Shown here: positions 21,035 through 28,957 of the stretch, in pieces | Layout: every line of letters begins with the position of its first letter | Position numbering within the stretch: the first letter of the stretch is position 1 | Source: Acidobacteriota bacterium | GTDB lineage: Bacteria > Acidobacteriota > UBA890 > WLXD01 | Direction of reading: 5' to 3' | Assembly (NCBI GenBank): GCA_963666215.2 | Contig: CAXWPL010000005.1 | Coordinates: 992,001-1,056,000, forward strand | DNA length: 64,000 bases | The notes under the pieces: model-generated | Told to the model about the DNA's origin: nothing | The model's database searches: none | What the model saw: only the letters and a program-made list of their open reading frames with translations | Program-made: the position numbers and the translations under genes

Positions 21035-22627
21035 CTACTGAGTGTACCCCAACGATCGCAGTCGCTCCATCGTGGCGTCGTCCACCGTTTCGGCAACGCC
21101 ACGCGTCGACAGCTCGGCGACCATCTGCACAAGCTTCTGCTTGAGCTCGTCGAGTGCCGGCGTGGCCTCTCCGATCAAGTTGACCGATTCGTACGGATCG
21201 GTTTCAAGGTCGAAGAATTCAGCCGGGCCGTTCGCGAAGCCGATGTACTTGTAGCGCAGGGTCTGCAGCGAATATTTTTCGCCCGTTTCTTGGCTTTCTT
21301 TGCCGAGAAAGCGACCCCCGAGCTGCCTCTGCTTGGATGCAATCGCTCGCTTGCGCCTGGCGACGAGATCTTCCAACTCCTCGTCGGAGACGCCCTCCGG
21401 TCGCTCAGTGAGGAGCTCATCGAGCTCCTGCTGTTGATGGTAGATCTTGGCCAGGCCGGGCGCGAGGAGCTGCCGACGCGCGGCGAAGCTGAACTCGTGG
21501 GCCACTGCGCTGGTGTCGCCAACAAGCATCGGCAGCAGCGAGCGGCCCTGCACCGGGGCGGTCTGCCCCTCGAGCCGAAGGCCGGCGAAATCGAGCAGAG
21601 TCGGCGCCAAGTCGACGTGCTCCACGATGCGGTCGACGATCTCGCCCTGCGCTCCACCCCCGCCCTCGAGGTAGAAGATCAGCGGCACGTGGAGCTGTAC
21701 GTTGTAGATTTGCTTGTGGTGTCCAAACCACTCGTGGTTGGCGAGTCCCTGGCCGTGGTCGGAGGTGATGACCCACAGCGTGTTCTCGGCCAGGCCGCGC
21801 TCCTGAAACTCTTGGTACAGGCGCTCGATCTGACTGTCGGCGAAGTGAATCTCGGCGTCGTAGTCGAGAATCTGGCGGGCGCGCTTGCCTTGCCCCTGCG
21901 CGCGGCGGAGATCGGAAGCCTGCTCGTCGATGAGATACCGGACCAGCTCGGCCAACGCCTCCTCATCCGGCGGCGTTACGGCGTCGAGATGCTCCGTCGG
22001 CGGTCGCAGAGGCTTGTGGGGATCGCAGTAGTGGATCCACATATATAGCGGCCGCTCGGCGCCAAGCTGCGCCTCGTCGAGCCAGGCGATTGCGGCGTCG
22101 GTGGTGCGCTCGGCGGTGCGGTATTTCGTAGCCCTCGTGTCTCCCTTTTGCGGCTGGTCGTAGACCTCGAACCCTTGGGCAATACGAGACCGATCGAAGT
22201 GAGCGTCGCCGCTGACAAACGCCGCGGTCATGAAACCGTTGTCGCCAAACACCTCCTGGGTGGTGACGAACTCGTTGGCGAGCACCTGCCCGTTGGTGAG
22301 CAGTCGGTGCTGGATTGGATACAGGCCAGTGAACATCGAGGCGTGCGAAGGCCCCGTGGTGGCGGAGTGCGCATAGGCGCGCTTGAAGCTGGTACCACGC
22401 GCCGCCAGCGAATCGACAAATGGCGCCGTGTCGGTCGGGTAGCCGAAGCTCCGCAGGTGGTCCGCACGAAGCGTGTCGATGCTGATGAAGACAACGCGGT
22501 CGACGGCGAGGTCGGCGGCCGAGCCGCTGCAGGCAAACAGGCCCACGAGTCCGAGCATTGCGATGGCCAGCCGCGAAGCGCAGAGGCGCACGAGGGTTCT
22601 CCAGCGTAGGTTCGTGGCAGCGATCAT
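21035..22627 (-). CDS. Sulfatase-like hydrolase, probable lipoprotein
   Basis: Lipobox LFAC, ISIDTLRADHL, TTGPSHASMFTG, WIHYCDPH, ITSDHG and FFDLETDPYESVNL. Start uncertain. Confidence 0.85.
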   Translation of the reverse strand: MIAATNLRWRTLVRLCASRLAIAMLGLVGLFACSGSAADLAVDRVVFISIDTLRADHLRSFGYPTDTAPFVDSLAARGTSFKRAYAHSATTGPSHASMFTGLYPIQHRLLTNGQVLANEFVTTQEVFGDNGFMTAAFVSGDAHFDRSRIAQGFEVYDQPQKGDTRATKYRTAERTTDAAIAWLDEAQLGAERPLYMWIHYCDPHKPLRPPTEHLDAVTPPDEEALAELVRYLIDEQASDLRRAQGQGKRARQILDYDAEIHFADSQIERLYQEFQERGLAENTLWVITSDHGQGLANHEWFGHHKQIYNVQLHVPLIFYLEGGGGAQGEIVDRIVEHVDLAPTLLDFAGLRLEGQTAPVQGRSLLPMLVGDTSAVAHEFSFAARRQLLAPGLAKIYHQQQELDELLTERPEGVSDEELEDLVARRKRAIASKQRQLGGRFLGKESQETGEKYSLQTLRYKYIGFANGPAEFFDLETDPYESVNLIGEATPALDELKQKLVQMVAELSTRGVAETVDDATMERLRSLGYTQ

Positions 22628-22927
22628 GCGAGCGCTCGCCAAAAAAACGACGTGTACAGTTGAGCCTACCAGGAATCGGCAAACTCCGGGTTTCGGCCGC
22701 CAGAGGCGATCCGGGCTGACTACGCAGGCGTGCCCGCCCGGCTTGCGGGGCCGGGAATATCGCCGAACCTCCGCCAGTAATGGCGCTCGCAGAGGCGCCC
22801 GCCAATCGAGCCAACCGGGCTCGGCAGAATCTACGGAATCCAGCCGGCGCACGGCGCAGAGAAAGCCCAGGCAGCCTAGAATCTCGGCCAGTCACGCATA
22901 CATCCTGAGGTCTCGGAAGGAAGCCCC

Positions 22928-25171
22928 ATGTCCGCAAACAGACGGACTGCCAGCGCCGCGGTCCTACTCCTGGCCGGCGCGGCAGCGATTGGCGCCGGGC
23001 AGGCCGAATCGAACCTTCCAGGCGCCGAAGAGCTTCGACACCAAACCACGACCTCAGCATGGGCCGAGCTGGCCAACACGCTCGCGGACGAGGTCACGAT
23101 CTACCGCGACGCGTTCGGGGTACCGCACTCGCATGGCACCACCGACGCGGCCGCCGCCTTCGGCTACGCCTTCGCCCAGGCACAAGACAACTACGAACAG
23201 ATCATCGAGAACTTCCTGCGCGCCGAGGGGCGGGCGGCGGAGTTTCTGGGTGCCCCAGCCTTGGTCGACGACTGGCTGTCGCGCTCGATGCGTATCGAAG
23301 AGCTGGCGCGCGACGAGTACGACGCCAGCGATACGGACTTGCGCTCCCTTCTGGATGCCTACGCCGCCGGCGTGAACGCCTACGCGGCACAAGCCGGACG
23401 GTCACCCGCGCCAGGTCCGGGAGGTGTGCAGCCCTGGCACCCGCTCGCACTCATCCGCTACCTCTATTTCCACGGTGGCTTCCTGCGTAGCGCCGGACTG
23501 CGGCGCAACGACTTCGAGGCCGCCTACCGGCGCATGAACCCGGGAGTCTTGGCAAACGACCCGGCGGCCCTTACGGCCGACCCGGACCAAGGCTGGCGTG
23601 AGTTCGCCGACCAGGGCTCCAACTCCTGGGCCGTCGGGCCGTCTCGCACCGCCGATGGCAGCACCATGCTTTTCATCAATCCCCACCTGCCCCACTTCGG
23701 ACCGGCGCAGGTGTACGAGGGGCACCTTTCGAGCGACGAGGGCTGGAACTTCACGGGGTACGGCCGCTTCGGCTTCCCCATGCCCTACGTCGGCCACAAC
23801 CCCGACCTCGGCTGGGCCAGCACCGACAACGCCGCCGACCTCGCCGACGCCTACCTCGAGACCTTCGACGATCCCTCCAACCTCAACGCCTATCGCTACG
23901 GCAACGAGTACCGCGAAGCGGAGGAATGGCAGGGCACCATCTCGGTATGGCGCAACCCGATCCAGGGCGCGACACCGATCCAGCACCGTTATCGGCGAAC
24001 CCATCACGGACCGGTGGTCGGCTACCGCGAAGGCCGCTGGGTGTCGGTGCGCATGGCCAAGCTCGAAGAGCCCGGCTGGCTGGCGCAGTGGTACGCCATG
24101 ACCAAGGCGCGCACGCTCGAGCGGTTCCTCGCCGCAGTCGAGCCTCTGAACATGCTGTTCGGCAACTACACGTACGCCGACCGAGAAGGTCACATCCTGT
24201 ACGTCTATAACGCGGCGGTACCGCGGCGCGACCCGTCGTTCGACTGGAGCCAACCGGTCGACGGCTCCGACCCTCGGACGGAGTGGCAGGGCTATCACCC
24301 GATGGCCGAAATCCCGCAGCTGCTCGACCCTAGCAGCGGGTACCTGCAGAACTGCAACTCCACGCCGTTCCTGTCGAGCAGCACCGACAATCCCAGCCGC
24401 GACGCATTTCCCTCATACATGGCCAACGAGCCCGATACCGCTCGCGCCCGCAACGCTCGCCGCATCCTCGAGGGTCAGGAGCTGTTCAGCTGGGCCGAAT
24501 GGACGCGCCTGGGCTACGACACCACGCTCATCACGGCCAACGACGACCTCCCGCCACTGTTCGAGGCCTGGGCGGGACTCCCGGCCACCTCCCGAACAGC
24601 CGACCTCGGCGAGGCGATGGAGCTGCTACGCGCCTGGAATCGGAGCAGTGCCGCCGACTCAGTCGCGACGACGCTCTACATTCTGTGGGGCGAGAGGATC
24701 CGACGGCTCGACGCACCCGGTGCCGATCAGCTGCTGCTCGAGCTCGCTGCCACGCTCGATGATCTGACCGCCGACTGGGGCGACTGGCGCGTCTATTGGG
24801 GCGAGATCAACCGCGCCCAGCGCGGCCACAGCTCCGGCCGCCAACCCTTCGACGACGGTCGCCGCAGCGTCGCCATCGGTGGCGCCCCGAGCTGGACGGG
24901 CACGAGCTTCACGTTCTGGAGCGCGCCGGTGGAGGGTCAGAGGCGGCGGTACGGCACGGGTGGCAACTCGTACGTCAGCGTTGTGCGGTTCGGCAAAACC
25001 GCGGAGGGCTACTCACTGATGCCGTTTGGCCAGAGCGCCACCGCCGACTCACCACACCATCTCGACCAGCTCAACGGCTACGCCCGCGGCGGCTACAAGC
25101 GCGCCTGGCTGCACCTCGACGAGGTGCGTACCTACGCGCTGTCGTCCTACCGGCCCGCGGTGCCGCACTAG
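22928..25171 (+). CDS. Penicillin acylase family (S45) Ntn-hydrolase
   Basis: Signal peptide, IYRDAFGVPH, nucleophile in GSNSWAV, INPHLP, RTHHGPV and LQNCNSTP. Confidence 0.92.
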   Translation: MSANRRTASAAVLLLAGAAAIGAGQAESNLPGAEELRHQTTTSAWAELANTLADEVTIYRDAFGVPHSHGTTDAAAAFGYAFAQAQDNYEQIIENFLRAEGRAAEFLGAPALVDDWLSRSMRIEELARDEYDASDTDLRSLLDAYAAGVNAYAAQAGRSPAPGPGGVQPWHPLALIRYLYFHGGFLRSAGLRRNDFEAAYRRMNPGVLANDPAALTADPDQGWREFADQGSNSWAVGPSRTADGSTMLFINPHLPHFGPAQVYEGHLSSDEGWNFTGYGRFGFPMPYVGHNPDLGWASTDNAADLADAYLETFDDPSNLNAYRYGNEYREAEEWQGTISVWRNPIQGATPIQHRYRRTHHGPVVGYREGRWVSVRMAKLEEPGWLAQWYAMTKARTLERFLAAVEPLNMLFGNYTYADREGHILYVYNAAVPRRDPSFDWSQPVDGSDPRTEWQGYHPMAEIPQLLDPSSGYLQNCNSTPFLSSSTDNPSRDAFPSYMANEPDTARARNARRILEGQELFSWAEWTRLGYDTTLITANDDLPPLFEAWAGLPATSRTADLGEAMELLRAWNRSSAADSVATTLYILWGERIRRLDAPGADQLLLELAATLDDLTADWGDWRVYWGEINRAQRGHSSGRQPFDDGRRSVAIGGAPSWTGTSFTFWSAPVEGQRRRYGTGGNSYVSVVRFGKTAEGYSLMPFGQSATADSPHHLDQLNGYARGGYKRAWLHLDEVRTYALSSYRPAVPH

Positions 25172-25222
25172 CCGGCAACACGTAAAACGCGCGGCTCCCG
25201 CCGTCCCCGGAATCGACAGGCG

Positions 25223-26422
25223 CTACTTCTTGCCCTTGTCCTTCATGATGCGCCGGTAGTCCTTCTGGATCCCTTTCCACTTACGACGCTCTGCCGCCGC
25301 AGCCGCGGCGTCGTGGCGGCGCACTTCGTAGGCGAGCTCCTTGCCGAGCCCGAGGTGACTTCTCCATCGAGCTTCGTCGAGCTCACCGGACTCGAGCGCG
25401 GCGCGGACGGCACACCCGGGCTCGTTGCCGTGCTTGCAGTCGCGAAACTTGCAGCTCTCGGCGAGCTCTTTGATGTCGTCAAACGTGTCTTCGACGACGC
25501 GCTCCTCCGCCTCCCACACCGTGAGCTCTCGCATTCCGGGTGTGTCGAGCATCAGAGCACCACCAGGGAGCAGGAAAAGCTCGCGGTGGGTTGTGGTGTG
25601 ACGGCCACGATCGTCGCTTTCGCGAATCTCCTGGGTGCGCAGCAGTTCCTCCCCGGCCAGCACGTTGATCAGCGTCGACTTGCCAACGCCGGACGAGCCG
25701 AGCAGCGCCAGCGTCGTCCGCGGCCGCAAGTAGTCGCGTACGGCGTCGAGGCCGTCGCCCGTGACGCTGCTGAGTAGGTGCACCGGCGCTCCGCCCGCGA
25801 CCGCTTCGACCGCCACGAGCATCTCCTCCGACTGCTCGGTTAGGTCGGCCTTGCTCAACAACACCACCGGTTCGGCGCCGCTGTCGCGGGTGGCAACGAG
25901 GTAGCGCTCGAGCCGACGCAGGTTGAAGTCGTTGTTCATCGACATCATCAGGAAAACGACGTCGATGTTGGTCGCCACAACCTGTTCGCGGCTGCGCTCT
26001 CCGGCTTCCTTGCGAACAAAGCAGGTGCGGCGCGGCAGGATCTCGAGGATCGTGGCGCCGTCGGCGGGCTCACCGAGGCGTACCAGCACCCAGTCGCCTA
26101 CTGCCGGCAGATCGCGCGGGCTGACAACGCGGTGCCGCACGCGTCCCGGAGTCACGGCCCAGAGCTCGCCGATCTCGGTGCGCGCCCGCCAGGCACCGCG
26201 GTGCTGGGAAATGATGCGTGCCGGCCGCGCCGTCGGCAGATGGGCGTCGCCGTCGCCCTCAGTGGTGCGGGCGACGAACGCTCGGTGGTACTCCTCGTCC
26301 CAGCCGTAGGGCACAAGCCGATCGAGGGTGTCGGAGCTCGGCGCTTCCGGCTGGTTGGCTTCGCTGCGAGAGACGGGATCGTTCGGAGGATCTTCGTTCG
26401 GAGACTGTTCGCTCAGGGTCAT
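25223..26422 (-). CDS. rsgA: Ribosome small subunit-dependent GTPase A (long form)
   Basis: PAVGDWV, NLRRLERYL, SKADL, GSSGVGKSTLIN, GRHTTTHR, DTPGMRE and the CKFRDCKHGNEPGC zinc finger. Confidence 0.95.
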   Translation of the reverse strand: MTLSEQSPNEDPPNDPVSRSEANQPEAPSSDTLDRLVPYGWDEEYHRAFVARTTEGDGDAHLPTARPARIISQHRGAWRARTEIGELWAVTPGRVRHRVVSPRDLPAVGDWVLVRLGEPADGATILEILPRRTCFVRKEAGERSREQVVATNIDVVFLMMSMNNDFNLRRLERYLVATRDSGAEPVVLLSKADLTEQSEEMLVAVEAVAGGAPVHLLSSVTGDGLDAVRDYLRPRTTLALLGSSGVGKSTLINVLAGEELLRTQEIRESDDRGRHTTTHRELFLLPGGALMLDTPGMRELTVWEAEERVVEDTFDDIKELAESCKFRDCKHGNEPGCAVRAALESGELDEARWRSHLGLGKELAYEVRRHDAAAAAAERRKWKGIQKDYRRIMKDKGKK

Positions 26423-26460
26423 CGGTGTTCAGCTTCCACGGTCGGAGTCAGAGTCCGCCG

Positions 26461-26680
26461 AGAGGCGCAGTCCGCCTCTGGCATCGACGATGCGCGGAGA
26501 ACACGAGCCCTACCGGCTTCTACAGAAAGACCCCACGAGAGGGGTCCTGTCGACCAGATCCTGTAGGAAGAGTAGCTCGTGCTAGATGACCCGGGCTGCT
26601 GGCGAACCCATAGACAACTCGCGATATGTGACCTACGAAGCGATGTGCGGACAATAGTGACCTGTGGCAATGCCCGTCAA
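26461..26680 (-). promoter_or_regulatory. Putative rsgA leader: promoter, 9-codon uORF and structured RNA
   Basis: TTGACG-N18-TATTGT (26680-26651); uORF MGSPAARVI* (26611-26582); long stem 26502-26581 with internal GGACCCC/GGGGTCT hairpin; extra hairpins at 26461-26479 and 26481-26493. Confidence 0.5.
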
Positions 26681-26882
26681 GCAACAATAACGGGACCGTC
26701 GAGTCGGGCGGGTCGTCGAGTTGTTCACGCTGGATCGGCTGATCCTACGGTTGGTCGCGGCAGTCGAGGTGACCCGGCGGGCCGTGGTTTCTGCTGCCCC
26801 TGAGCTCGGCCCTCGCGACGTGAGCGGCAGCAGTTGGTATCATCCGGTAAGATATCGATGTGTAACATAGGGCTATCCGACA

Positions 26883-27245
26883 ATGACTGCCCTCGAGATC
26901 GTTGCAACCATGACCCAGCTGACACCGCATGCCTTCCAGGTGCTCCTGGCCCTGTCGGACGCCGATCGACACGGTAACGGCATTGTCCGCCATGTCCTGA
27001 AGCTCACCGACGACGCCGTGAGGCTCTGGCCGGTGACGCTATACCGAACGCTCGACGACCTGACGGATCGCGAGCTGGTCGTCGAAATCAGCGGCACCGG
27101 TGAGCATCCGGTGGGCGCCAGTCACCGCCGGCGCTACTACCGTCTCACCGAGGCCGGCGCCGAGGCGCTGGCTGCTGAGGCCGAGCGCCTCGACGGCCTG
27201 GCCAGTGTGGCTCGCAGCAACTTGCGCGCGCGGGAGCAGCGCTAG
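26883..27245 (+). CDS. PadR-family transcriptional regulator
   Basis: FQVLLAL, HGNGIVRHV, TLYRTL and RRRYYRLTEAG. Alternative start at 26910. Confidence 0.9.
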   Translation: MTALEIVATMTQLTPHAFQVLLALSDADRHGNGIVRHVLKLTDDAVRLWPVTLYRTLDDLTDRELVVEISGTGEHPVGASHRRRYYRLTEAGAEALAAEAERLDGLASVARSNLRAREQR

Positions 27246-27885
27246 TGCCATCGCCGGTTGCGCCCATGGGAGACGGCCCGGATCCGACGCCGGCTCGCCC
27301 TCCCCGACTCTTTCGACTCCTTTGGCTGCTGCTTCCCCGCGACTTCCGCGAACGGCACGGCGGCGAGATCTGGGGCGAGGTTACCCACCAGGTGGCCGAA
27401 GCCGCCGACACTCGTCGTGTCTGGTGCCAGGCGACGCTGGATCTTGCATGTGGCCTGCTCCCCGCCTGGCGACGCCGCGTTTCCCCTGGTTTTCCCCGCG
27501 GCAGACACGGTGCTGCCGCCACCGCTGAGATCTTTCAAATGGAAACCTGGATCCAAGACGTCCGCTTCGGAGCGCGCGCCCTGTGGCGCCACGCCAACAT
27601 CACCACGTTGTGCATCGTCGCGATCGCTCTTGGCATCGGGGCGAACGCCGCGGTGTTCACGCTCATCAACGAGATCTTGCTGCGGCCGTTGCCGGTACAC
27701 GAGCCGTCCCGCCTGATCGACCTGCACGTCGACCAGCCGGGCGCCAACAGCTTCGTCGGCTTCTCGTATCCGGAGTTCGAGGAGCTCCGCGCGGCCAACG
27801 CACTGGCCGGCCTTGCCGCCCATAGCGGCGTGGGACTGCGCTTGGGGGCCAGCTCGTCGGACATCCGCGCGGCCGGCCAATTGTC
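27245..27885 (+). pseudogene. 5' fragment of an ADOP/MacB-like duplicated ABC permease, truncated after ~210 aa
   Basis: LLPRDFRERHGGE, WIQDVRFGARAL, ALGIGANAAVFTLINEILLRPLP and FSYPEF; similarity ends abruptly at ...AAGQL. Confidence 0.8.
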
Positions 27886-28149
27886 GTCGACAGGTTGGTC
27901 CAGGTCTATCTCGCGCTGGACCAGGAGCAGGACGCAGCGGAAGCGCTACAGGAAATGATCTCAGGCTACCCGCGCAGTGAGTATCCCGTCCGCTACGTGC
28001 GGGCGCTCTACCGGCTCGGCGTCCTGGCGATCGAACGCGGCCAAGACGCCGAGGGACGTCAGTACCTGGAACAGTTCCTCGACCACTGGGGCAAAGCCGA
28101 CTGGCAGCTTCCCCAGGTAACCGACGCGCGCGCGCGACTCGGCCGATAG
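27886..28149 (+). pseudogene. 3' fragment of a TPR-containing protein
   Basis: YVRALYRLGVLAIERG...RQYLEQFLDHWGKAD...VTDARARL* resembles the TPR tail of bacterial Ser/Thr kinase-TPR proteins; no credible start. Confidence 0.6.
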
Positions 28150-28164
28150 CCCCGCGAGCCAATC

Positions 28165-28947
28165 ATGTCGCACGTACGTTCGCTCGTCCGAGTCGCCTCG
28201 CTCTTGGCCGTCAGTCTGGGCCTGTTCGCGGTGCGCATGCTCCTGGTGCCGGTCAGCGTCGTCGCTGCCGGTGCCGAACAGCGTTCAGGCGGCTGGTTGT
28301 TCAAGGTTTGGGGGCACGCCTGCCTGCGCATCCTCGGCATCCGGACGCAACGCGACGGCACCCTCCCCGCGACGTCGGCCGGTCCCTACGTCATCGTCTC
28401 GAACCACCTCGGATATCTCGACATACCCCTTTTCGCCGCCCACACCGGCGGCATCTTTGTCTCCAACGCCCGCATACGTCGCTGGCCACTGATCGGCTTC
28501 CTGGCGGCGCGGATCGGCACGATATTCATGCGTCGCTCGCGCAAGCGCGCGATCATGCCGGCAATCGAGCACATCGCCGCGGCGCTCAACGCCGGACGGC
28601 CGGTGATCTTCTTCCCTGAAGGCACCAGCAGCCCCGGCCTCACGGTCATGCCCTTCCGCTCGAATCTCTTCGAAGCCGTCGTGCACGCCAACGTCCCTGT
28701 TTTCTGCGCCGCCGTGCGCTACAGCTCCCCCGACCCGAGTATCGACCCGGCCACCGACATCGCCTGGTCGGACACCCCTCTGGGCCAGCACGCCGCCAAG
28801 CTCCTCAGGATCAGCGCCATGAACGCCGAGATGCTCGTCGACGGCACTCCGCTAGACCCTGGCAACCGCAAGGAGCTTGCCTCCCAGGCGCACGCCCGCG
28901 TCAGCGCCCTGCACAACCAGATCGGCCAGCCGAGCGCGCGGCGCTAG
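28165..28947 (+). CDS. Lysophospholipid (PlsC-family) acyltransferase
   Basis: SNHLGYLD (HX4D), GTIFMRR and FFPEGT. Confidence 0.9.
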   Translation: MSHVRSLVRVASLLAVSLGLFAVRMLLVPVSVVAAGAEQRSGGWLFKVWGHACLRILGIRTQRDGTLPATSAGPYVIVSNHLGYLDIPLFAAHTGGIFVSNARIRRWPLIGFLAARIGTIFMRRSRKRAIMPAIEHIAAALNAGRPVIFFPEGTSSPGLTVMPFRSNLFEAVVHANVPVFCAAVRYSSPDPSIDPATDIAWSDTPLGQHAAKLLRISAMNAEMLVDGTPLDPGNRKELASQAHARVSALHNQIGQPSARR

Positions 28948-28957
28948 ACGGGCGTCG

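Noticed and set aside
19688-22048. 786-aa plus-strand ORF
   Set aside because: Antisense to msrP and the sulfatase-like gene; shadow frame.
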